Source of the DNA: Nitrospinales bacterium
GTDB taxonomy: Bacteria; Nitrospinota; Nitrospinia; Nitrospinales; JAJDAT01
Length of the DNA: 28,877 nt
Assembly: GCA_046757665.1 (NCBI GenBank)
Contig: JBHHYO010000033.1
Span: 1 to 28,877 of the forward strand
Reading direction: 5' to 3'
A program made the translations under genes and the position numbers. Shown here piece after piece: positions 1 to 9,979 of the stretch (the first letter of the stretch is position 1; every line of letters begins with the position of its first letter). The notes below the pieces were generated by a model that was given only the letters and a program-made list of their open reading frames with translations, ran no database searches and had not been told where the DNA came from.

Positions 1-27
1 CCCCGCCCGACGAAAGGATTTGTACCC

Positions 28-546
28 ATGGAAACACTGAAACAGGCGATACGCGACATCCCCGATTTTCCGCAACCCGGGATCGTCTTTAAAGACATCA
101 CTCCCCTGCTGGCCGACCCGGCCCTGTACCGCCGGACCGTGGACCACCTGAAAGACCGGTACAAAAGCCAGGTGATCGACCTCGTGGTAGGGATCGAGGC
201 GCGCGGGTTCATCTTCGGCGCGGGTCTGGCCTACGCCCTCGGGGCCGGACTCGCCATCATCCGCAAACCCGGCAAGTTGCCCTACCAGACCTACCATCAG
301 ACCTACGCGCTGGAATACGGCACCGACGCCATGGAGATCCATAAAGACGCCATCAAACCAGGTCAGCGGGTCCTGCTCATCGACGACGTGCTGGCCACGG
401 GGGGCACCATCCGCGCCGCGGTGGACCTTGTCCGCGGCAACTTCAAAACCCGGATCGTTGAAGTGGCGTTTCTGATCGAACTCGATTTTCTGCACGGGCG
501 GGACAAACTCAGAGATGTGCCCATCCACTCCATGATGCACTTCTAA
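28..546 (+). CDS. apt: Adenine phosphoribosyltransferase
   Basis: IRDIPDFPQPGIVFKDITPLL N-terminus, EARGF, RKPGKLP, YALEYG and PRPP-binding VLLIDDVLATGGT motifs; AAGGA RBS upstream. Confidence 0.97.
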   Translation: METLKQAIRDIPDFPQPGIVFKDITPLLADPALYRRTVDHLKDRYKSQVIDLVVGIEARGFIFGAGLAYALGAGLAIIRKPGKLPYQTYHQTYALEYGTDAMEIHKDAIKPGQRVLLIDDVLATGGTIRAAVDLVRGNFKTRIVEVAFLIELDFLHGRDKLRDVPIHSMMHF

Positions 547-550
547 GTTC

Positions 551-581
551 CTTCACCATAAAGGCAGGAAGGCACAAAGGA
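551..581. repeat. REP-like short repeat, left copy; inverted partner at 1364-1394
   Basis: ttcaccataaaggcaggaaggcacaaagga (552-581) aligns to the reverse complement of 1364-1394 (ttcaccacaaaggccgaaagggcaccaagga) with 4 mismatches and 1 gap. Confidence 0.6.
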
Positions 582-596
582 TCGGGGGAGGAAGTG

Positions 597-1115
597 ATGA
601 AGTATTTTGCCTATGGATCCAACATGTGCACAGCCCGTTTAAAGAAACGGGTTCCGTCAGCGAAGTTTCTTGTTGTGGCTTCCCTGAAAGGACACGATTT
701 GAAACTTAATAAGAAGGGTAAAGATGGTTCCGGCAAATGCAATATTCAGCGGACAAATGATACTGGCAAAGTCGTAATGGGTGTGGTTTTTGAAATGGAC
801 CCTAATGATAAACCGGCTCTCGACAGGGCTGAAGGGCTTGGTCATGGATATTCGGAAAAAAATGTAAAGGTTTCTTCCCAACATGAAAAACGGGAAATAG
901 AAGCCTTTACGTATCAGGCCCAGGATTCTTTTATTGATAATGCTCTCAAGCCCTATGACTGGTACAAGGAGTTTGTGGTCGCCGGGGGAAAAGAACACAC
1001 CTTTCCCGACAGTTACGTGAAGAGGCTGGAGAGGGTCGAGGCTGTTAAGGACCCAGACAAGTGCCGCGCAGAAAAAAACCGTAAAATTTTAAAATCCTGC
1101 AATCAGGATTTATAA
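597..1115 (+). CDS. Gamma-glutamylcyclotransferase (GGCT/AIG2-like) family protein
   Basis: YFAYGSN N-terminal motif, V-x-GVVF, LDRAEG (candidate catalytic Glu), PYDWY; GGAGG RBS; ATG at 597 (GTG at 594 in frame). Visibly AT-richer than neighbouring genes. Confidence 0.85.
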   Translation: MKYFAYGSNMCTARLKKRVPSAKFLVVASLKGHDLKLNKKGKDGSGKCNIQRTNDTGKVVMGVVFEMDPNDKPALDRAEGLGHGYSEKNVKVSSQHEKREIEAFTYQAQDSFIDNALKPYDWYKEFVVAGGKEHTFPDSYVKRLERVEAVKDPDKCRAEKNRKILKSCNQDL

Positions 1116-1120
1116 AGGCG

Positions 1121-1150
1121 GTACAGCGATGGTATGTACAGTGATGGTAT
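1121..1150. repeat. 15-bp tandem duplication
   Basis: gtacagcgatggtat (1121-1135) followed by gtacagtgatggtat (1136-1150), 1 mismatch. Confidence 0.85.
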
Positions 1151-1275
1151 TCGCCTGAAACTGGCTCGGGGCGTTGCCCGGGTGGCCAGGGGGCCGGAGC
1201 CAGTGTGCCGGGTGGCGAGCCGCCACGGGCAGTGCCGCCGCTCACTTGCGTTGCGTCGGGGAAAAATAAAAGATG

Positions 1276-1351
1276 GTCATTCTGAACGAAGTGAAGAATC
1301 TGGGTAGGGCCGGCAATCGGCCCAGATCCCTCGCCAAAGGCTCTGGATGAC
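1276..1351. repeat. GTCA-headed REP/REPIN-like inverted repeat pair
   Basis: GTCATTCTGAACGAAGTGAAGAATCTGGG ... CCCAGATCCCTCGCCAAAGGCTCTGGATGAC forms an imperfect long hairpin; inner gggccg-gcaat-cggccc stem. Confidence 0.7.
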
Positions 1352-1363
1352 ACATCAAATTTT

Positions 1364-1394
1364 TCCTTGGTGCCCTTTCGGCCTTTGTGGTGAA
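1364..1394. repeat. REP-like short repeat, right copy; inverted partner at 551-581
   Basis: tccttggtgccctttcggcctttgtggtgaa; see the 551-581 entry. Confidence 0.6.
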
Positions 1395-1435
1395 AGCCCC
1401 TCCCCATTCGCGTGAATTCGCGGCCATCCTTGAAC

Positions 1436-4816
<3,381 letters not shown>

Positions 4817-4845
4817 GGATCATTCCTCGATGTTCGACTGCCGCC

Positions 4846-5046
4846 TCAGCCGCCGCCGACAGCCTGGACGATTTCGATGGTGTCGCCGTCCTTGACGGGG
4901 GTGGTTTCGTATTGCGATTTGGGAACCACCTGGCAGTTTAGGGCGATGGCGAAGTGAGATGTGCGGATATCCAACTCCCGAATCAGCTCGGTCAGGGTTC
5001 GGCTGGTCAAGTTTTCGCGTTTTTTTCCGTTAATAGTTAACAACAT
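4846..5046 (-). CDS. thiS: Sulfur carrier protein ThiS
   Basis: 66 aa from ATG at 5046; ING...N..VVPK...GDTIEIVQAVGGG with C-terminal GG; lies upstream of thiG. Confidence 0.95.
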   Translation of the reverse strand: MLLTINGKKRENLTSRTLTELIRELDIRTSHFAIALNCQVVPKSQYETTPVKDGDTIEIVQAVGGG

Positions 5047-5068
5047 CAATCTTGCGGAAAACAGGGAC

Positions 5069-5103
5069 AAAAAAAGCCATATTCCGGGAACGGGAATACA
5101 GCC
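5069..5103 (-). terminator. Intrinsic terminator, expression platform of the TPP riboswitch
   Basis: Minus strand reads ggctgtattcc-loop-ggaatatggc followed by a U run, between the aptamer and thiS. Confidence 0.75.
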
Positions 5104-5119
5104 TGTGAAAAAAAAATTA

Positions 5120-5200
5120 TCGCATCCCTACGCCGGCATTACCCAGATCAGGTTCAACGGGTTGTCCAAACGGACTCTCAGCTTGCAAGCACCCCTTGTC
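5120..5200 (-). ncRNA. TPP riboswitch (THI element)
   Basis: Minus strand: AGGGGTGC..GCTGAGA..ACCCGTTGAACCTGATCTGGGTAATGCCGGCGTAGGGA, matching the TPP consensus; directly upstream of thiSGEC. Confidence 0.96.
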
Positions 5201-5210
5201 TATTTTTTTT

Positions 5211-5238
5211 AGGTTACTGCAAAACGCGCCCAAGTCAA
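5211..5238 (-). promoter_or_regulatory. Putative sigma70 promoter of the thi operon
   Basis: Minus strand TTGACT-16 nt-TAACCT just upstream of the TPP aptamer. Confidence 0.6.
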
Positions 5239-5244
5239 GAAATA

Positions 5245-5272
5245 TTGACGTTTAAAAAAAAAAGAGTATTCT
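5245..5272 (+). promoter_or_regulatory. Putative sigma70 promoter of the TPR/SH3 gene, possibly leaderless
   Basis: TTGACG-16 nt-TATTCT; ATG at 5279 is the 7th base after the -10 box; no SD. Confidence 0.55.
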
Positions 5273-5278
5273 TTGATT

Positions 5279-6523
5279 ATGAAATTAAAAACCGGCTTTC
5301 ACATTTTGTGCGTGGTTCTCGTTTTCAGTCTGATTTCCTGTGCCGGCGGCAAACAAACCGCAGGCGGCGGCGGAGGCGGATTCTTCGGCGCGGGGCTGTT
5401 CTCCGGCGGCTCCTCGGATAAAGACACTCTGTTTGAAGACCCGCCGGAAAAAATCCTTTTCTCCGACAAGGAGGTCTTCAAGGAAGCGCTGGCGTTACAC
5501 AAAAAAGGGCAAGTCCTCCCTGCAATGCAACTCTGGAAGGATTTTCTCAAGCAACAGCCCAAATCGTTCGAGGCCTTGAACAACTTGGGAATGTCGTATT
5601 ATTCCAACGACAACCTGGACGAGGCCGTTCGATCGTTCGAGGCCGCCTTGCAACTGGAACCCTCCAGTGAAAAGATCAAGAACAACCTCATGCGGACACT
5701 CCGGTTTCGCGCCACGTTGTCCAGGGAGAACAAGCAACATCACAAGGCGGTGGGCGACCTGCAACGAATGATGGCCCTGACGGCGTCCGGTAAAAAGGAA
5801 AAACTCCTGAAGGAGGTCGAGCAGGAACAGGACGCCATTTACCAGGAAGTGGAACGCCGGGACACCCTTGACGCCTACGAGAATTTTGTCCGCGAATTTC
5901 CCAACAGCATCTTCGCCGAGAAGGCGAGACAGAAAATCGGCAAACGCGCTCCAACGGCCTCGCGCAAGGAGTTCGAGCGTGGTCCGGGGTCCTTTCTCCC
6001 CTCCGGAGAGCGACAAGCCGCAGAGCCGCAGAGCCTGGCCGGCGCCGTTCCACCGCCGCAAGTGGAAGGCGACCTGGACGATGGAATCACCAGGCAGGGC
6101 GGTTTCTCCGAGCCGCTGAGTTTCTCCGAACCGATGGGCGGTCCGGGTATGGAGTCGCCGGGCGTTCCGGAACCGATGCCGGATATGGGCATGGGCGCGG
6201 GCGAGGAGGATGTATTCGCCACCCTGCCTCCGGAGTCTCCTCCGGCTGTCGAGGAATCCTTTCCCGGCGAGGATGATTTTGCTTCCGTCATGCCGTCCAC
6301 GGGCTCGCTGGAGGAAAACCCGCAACAAGTAAAAATCACCACCCGAACCTCGCCGCTGAACGTCCGCAAGGGGCCGTCCTTGAAAGCCGCCATCATCGGC
6401 AAGGTGGACAAGGGCACGGTGCACGATTTGCTGGGAGAAATCGGCGACTGGTTCCACATCGCCTATCCCGACGCCAACACCACCGGCTGGATCAGCAAAA
6501 AATACTCGCAAATAGTGGAATAG
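5279..6523 (+). CDS. Lipoprotein with TPR repeats, acidic/Pro-rich linker and C-terminal bacterial SH3 domain
   Basis: Lipobox-like LISC plus Gly run; TPR pattern ALNNLGMSYY...A...FEAALQLEP; C-terminal LNVRKGPS...IIGKV...WFHI...GWISKKY (SH3_3-like). Confidence 0.8.
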   Translation: MKLKTGFHILCVVLVFSLISCAGGKQTAGGGGGGFFGAGLFSGGSSDKDTLFEDPPEKILFSDKEVFKEALALHKKGQVLPAMQLWKDFLKQQPKSFEALNNLGMSYYSNDNLDEAVRSFEAALQLEPSSEKIKNNLMRTLRFRATLSRENKQHHKAVGDLQRMMALTASGKKEKLLKEVEQEQDAIYQEVERRDTLDAYENFVREFPNSIFAEKARQKIGKRAPTASRKEFERGPGSFLPSGERQAAEPQSLAGAVPPPQVEGDLDDGITRQGGFSEPLSFSEPMGGPGMESPGVPEPMPDMGMGAGEEDVFATLPPESPPAVEESFPGEDDFASVMPSTGSLEENPQQVKITTRTSPLNVRKGPSLKAAIIGKVDKGTVHDLLGEIGDWFHIAYPDANTTGWISKKYSQIVE

Positions 6524-6532
6524 GGGAGCGCC

Positions 6533-7297
6533 ATGACCGATCGCTCCGCGACGGCCCAGTCCGCGGCGGTGCAGTCCGCGCTGGCGGCCGCCATCGAGGC
6601 GCTCGACCGGCGCAAGCTGAAAGCCGACTTCCAGGCTCAAAACGAGTTCCTGGCGATCGACAATTTTCTTCCGCCGCCGGCGCTGGACGCCATCCGGGCC
6701 GATCTGCCGAGCCTGCTCGCCCGCATCCATAGAAACTACGTTCCCACGTACAAAAAAGGTGGCAGTGTCGGACGCCACGCCATCGACCGCCTGTCCCCGG
6801 CCATCGGCCAGGTTTACGCTCACCCGGCGCTGGTGGAATTTCTCGGCGACCTCGCCGGCGAGCCGTTGCAGGACTGCCCGGCCGACGACCCGCACACCTA
6901 CGCCCTGTACTGCTACACCGAGCCGGGCGACCATATTGGTTTTCATTACGACACCTCCTATTACCGCGGCAAGCGCTACACCGTGCTGGTGGGGCTGGTG
7001 GACGACTCCTCCTGCCGGCTGGTGTGCGAGCTGTACCGCGACGACCCGGCGCGGCAGACGCAAACCCTGTCGCTGGCCCTGAAACCCGGCGCCCTGGTGG
7101 TGTTCAACGGCGATAACCTGTACCACAAGGTCACGCCGCTGGGGCCGGGCGAAACGCGCATCGCCCTGACCATGGAGTACGTCACCGACCGGGGCATGAA
7201 CCCGGTCGCCCGGCTGGTCTCCAACATCAAGGACGCCGTCGGCTACTTCGGCTGGCGCGGCGTCTTCGCGCCCGGCAAGGCCGCCCGCAGGAAATAG
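6533..7297 (+). CDS. 2OG-Fe(II) oxygenase (BesD/HalD-like fold, HxD...H triad)
   Basis: GDHIGFHYD (HxD), PGALVVFNGDNLYHKVTPL (distal His), RIALT (2OG-binding Arg); GGGGAG RBS. Confidence 0.85.
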   Translation: MTDRSATAQSAAVQSALAAAIEALDRRKLKADFQAQNEFLAIDNFLPPPALDAIRADLPSLLARIHRNYVPTYKKGGSVGRHAIDRLSPAIGQVYAHPALVEFLGDLAGEPLQDCPADDPHTYALYCYTEPGDHIGFHYDTSYYRGKRYTVLVGLVDDSSCRLVCELYRDDPARQTQTLSLALKPGALVVFNGDNLYHKVTPLGPGETRIALTMEYVTDRGMNPVARLVSNIKDAVGYFGWRGVFAPGKAARRK

Positions 7298-7349
7298 AAC
7301 CCTGCCATCACGACCGCTCGCTCCGCCCTTGTCAAGGGAATAGGGCAAG

Positions 7350-7378
7350 TGTCACACTGAGCTTGTCGAAGTGTGACA
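7350..7378. repeat. GTCA-type REP-like hairpin
   Basis: tgtcacact-gagcttgtcga-agtgtgaca, perfect 9-bp stem. Confidence 0.65.
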
Positions 7379-7481
7379 TTGGGCCAAAAAAAATCTTTCC
7401 GCTTTCCTCTCTGTGTCCATCTGTGGTTCTTGTCTGTTGCCTCGCAACTTCCCGCGGGCGTTGCCCGCTTCCTTATTGGTA

Positions 7482-7510
7482 TTGACGCCGCCGGGTTTTT
7501 CGGCTAGCAT
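7482..7510 (+). promoter_or_regulatory. Sigma70 promoter upstream of the fluoride riboswitch
   Basis: TTGACG (7482-7487), 17-nt spacer, TAGCAT (7505-7510). Confidence 0.7.
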
Positions 7511-7526
7511 TTTTAAAATTCTTTTG

Positions 7527-7592
7527 GGAGATGGAGTTCTCCTTTCAACCAACCGCCGCCTTTTTTCTTTTTGGGGGGCTAATGACTCCTTC
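7527..7592 (+). ncRNA. Fluoride riboswitch (crcB motif)
   Basis: GGAGATGGAGTTCTCC...AACCGCC...GGCTAATGACTCCT matches the GGnGATGnnGTTCnCC / AACCGC / GCTRATGACnCCT consensus. GGAGA pairs with TCTCC and GGAGTT pairs with GACTCC (pseudoknot). Confidence 0.92.
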
Positions 7593-7688
7593 GCATGACC
7601 GTTGTTTTCCGAGGCGAAGGAGCCATCAGTTCGGGCAGACGCTCTTTGACCCGCCTTTGCGCCAACCGCCCGCGCCGGAGTTCCCCGA

Positions 7689-8888
7689 ATGGCGATCAGC
7701 CTGGCCCTCGTTATCCTTCTGGGCCTGTTTTCCGAGTATCTTTTTAGAAAAATCCGTCTGCCCGGACTGCTCGGCATGTTGCTTGTCGGGATTGTCTGCG
7801 GCCCCTATGTCCTGAACATCATCCAGCCCGGCCTGCTGGAAATTTCGGCGGATTTAAGAATGCTGACCCTGATCGTCATTCTCCTGCGGGCCGGACTGGA
7901 ACTCGAACGGGACACGCTCCACCGGGTCGGCAAGACCGCCCTCGCCATGTCCGCCGTCCCCGCCGTTTTTGAAGCCTGCGCCATCACGCTCATGGCTCCC
8001 TTGTTTTTCGATCTGACGTATCTGGAAGCGGCGATTCTCGGCACGATCCTCGCCGCCGTGTCGCCCGCCGTCGTCGTGCCACTGATGCTGAACCTGATCG
8101 GCGAGCGTCGCGGCACCCGCAAGGGCATCCCCACCCTGATCCTCAGCGCGTCGTCGGTGGACGACGTGTTCGTCATCGTCATCTTCACCATTCTTCTGGG
8201 AATCCACGCCGGCGCCGGCGACAACATTTTTCACAAACTCCTGGAGATTCCGGAATCCATCCTGCTGGGCATCATCGTCGGCGGCATCGCCGGTTATTTA
8301 CTGTGCCGGGTTTTCGAGCGCTTCAATCCCCGGGCGACGAAAATGAACCTGATGGTCATCTCCGTCGCCATTGTCCTCACCTGGCTGGAGGAAGAACTGA
8401 AAACGCAGATCGTCATGTCCGCCTTGCTGGGCGTCATGACCATTGGCTTTGTCCTTCTGGAAAGAGCCGAGACGCGGGCGCACAAAATTTCCCAGAAACT
8501 CGCCAAGGTCTGGATATTCGCCGAAATCCTGCTGTTCGTCCTGGTCGGCGCGCAGGTCAATATCCATGTCGCCTGGGAGGCGGGACTGCCGGGGGCCTTG
8601 CTGATCTTCGCGGCCCTGGCCGCCCGGAGCCTGGGCGCCTACGTCTCGCTGTGGGGCGCCGGGCTCAACGAAAAGGAAAAACTGTTCTGCGTTATTTCCT
8701 ACATTCCCAAGGCCACGGTGCAGGCGGCCATCGGCGCCATACCGCTGGAAATGGGCGTCGCCGGAGGAGAAACGATTCTCGCCCTGGCGGTGCTGTCCAT
8801 CCTGCTGACGGCTCCCCTCGGCGCGGTGGGGATTTCCTGCACCGCCAACCGCCTGCTGACGAAGGACGCCGCGAAAGAACCTTGTTGA
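7689..8888 (+). CDS. Cation:proton antiporter (CPA superfamily, SLC9B/NHA2-like)
   Basis: About 12-13 hydrophobic segments; ILLRAGL, AVSPAVVVP, ASSVDDVF (DD motif) and PKATVQAAIG motifs; GGAG SD at 7677-7680. Confidence 0.9.
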   Translation: MAISLALVILLGLFSEYLFRKIRLPGLLGMLLVGIVCGPYVLNIIQPGLLEISADLRMLTLIVILLRAGLELERDTLHRVGKTALAMSAVPAVFEACAITLMAPLFFDLTYLEAAILGTILAAVSPAVVVPLMLNLIGERRGTRKGIPTLILSASSVDDVFVIVIFTILLGIHAGAGDNIFHKLLEIPESILLGIIVGGIAGYLLCRVFERFNPRATKMNLMVISVAIVLTWLEEELKTQIVMSALLGVMTIGFVLLERAETRAHKISQKLAKVWIFAEILLFVLVGAQVNIHVAWEAGLPGALLIFAALAARSLGAYVSLWGAGLNEKEKLFCVISYIPKATVQAAIGAIPLEMGVAGGETILALAVLSILLTAPLGAVGISCTANRLLTKDAAKEPC

Positions 8889-8916
8889 ACGCGGCGGTTT
8901 GCCGTATCCTTGGCGA

Positions 8917-9645
8917 ATGAACGCGATTCTGCTGGCGGCGGGAGTGGGGCGAAGGTTGGGCGCGGGCGAGCCGAAATGCCTGTTGCCGTTCGCCGGCCAA
9001 ACCCTGCTGGCGCGCCACCTCGAAATCCTGCGCGCTTGCGGCATCGACCACGTCACGGTCGGCGTCGGCTACCAGGCCGACCAGGTGCGCGCGGCAATCG
9101 CCGACCTGGACGCCGACAGCTTCGTCACCACCGCGCTCAATCCCGATTACGAACAAGGCAGTATCCTGACCCTCCACGCCCTGCGCGAACCGCTGACCGG
9201 CGGCGGCGACGTGCTCCTCATGGACGCCGACGTCCTGTACGACCGCCGCCTCCTGCGCCGCTTGCTGGATTCCTCCCACCCCGATTGCTGTTTGCTGGAC
9301 CGCAACTTCGAGCCCGGCGACGAGCCGGTTAAACTGTGCGTGCGCGATGGCGCCCTGGTGGAATTTCGCAAGAAGGCGAACGTGCCCTGCGATTTTTGCG
9401 GTGAGTCGGTGGGATTTTTCAAACTGGCGGAAACCACCGCCCAAAAACTGGCCGCGGCAACGCAACGCTATGTGGACGACGGCAAAACCGGAGAATGTTA
9501 CGAAGAGGCCTTGCGCGACGTGTTACTTGCGTCGCGCACCTTCGGTTTTGAAGATATTACCGGCCTGCCCTGGACGGAAATCGATTTCCCGGAAGACGTC
9601 GAACGGGCGCGCCGCGATATCCTGCCCCGATTGATGGACGAATAA
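8917..9645 (+). CDS. Phosphocholine/phosphonate cytidylyltransferase-family NTP transferase (LicC/PntC-like)
   Basis: AILLAAGVGRRL...PKCLL, LLMDADVLY, GESVGFFK, WTEIDFPED motifs. Confidence 0.88.
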   Translation: MNAILLAAGVGRRLGAGEPKCLLPFAGQTLLARHLEILRACGIDHVTVGVGYQADQVRAAIADLDADSFVTTALNPDYEQGSILTLHALREPLTGGGDVLLMDADVLYDRRLLRRLLDSSHPDCCLLDRNFEPGDEPVKLCVRDGALVEFRKKANVPCDFCGESVGFFKLAETTAQKLAAATQRYVDDGKTGECYEEALRDVLLASRTFGFEDITGLPWTEIDFPEDVERARRDILPRLMDE

Positions 9646-9910
9646 CCCCCCGCAGGTTGCCTGCCTGCCGTCTGTTGCCTTTCCTCTGTCTACCTTAAGA
9701 GGATGTTTCATGGGGAGAATCCCTGTCTTTCGTTGTATACAAAAATCGTAATATATTGCAAATAAATTGTATAAATGCAGTATATGTATGATTTTAGATA
9801 AATATTTTCTAGTTTAGCGCGATTTGCCGCATTTTATGTTGCATTATTTTTCAATCATAACTCGGCAAATTTCAAAAATTTTGCACATAAACTAAAATAT
9901 GTTAAAAAAA

Positions 9911-9926
9911 TGGCATGATTGTTGCT
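9911..9926 (+). promoter_or_regulatory. Sigma54 (-24/-12) promoter
   Basis: TGGCAT-GATTG-TTGCT fits TGGCAY-N5-TTGCW; preceded by about 200 bp of very AT-rich DNA. Confidence 0.75.
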
Positions 9927-9979
9927 GGTATATAAATGTAAAAACAATTAAAAACGTGAGATTTGTAAGGAGTTTTGTC

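Noticed and set aside
1116-1435. Integron attC site or CRISPR array after the GGCT gene
   Set aside because: No RYYYAAC...GTTRRRY box pair, no regularly spaced repeats, and no integrase or cas gene in the window.
6533-7297. Possible BesD-type radical halogenase (tempting next to a fluoride riboswitch)
   Set aside because: The iron motif is HYD, with the carboxylate retained; halogenases have HxG/A. The gene is also upstream of the riboswitch and so not controlled by it.
5495-7348. 617-aa minus-strand ORF
   Set aside because: Antisense to the TPR-SH3 and oxygenase genes, which carry the real motifs.
9654-9697. Degenerate pyrimidine-rich tgcct-like short repeats
   Set aside because: Too short and irregular to define a period or family.
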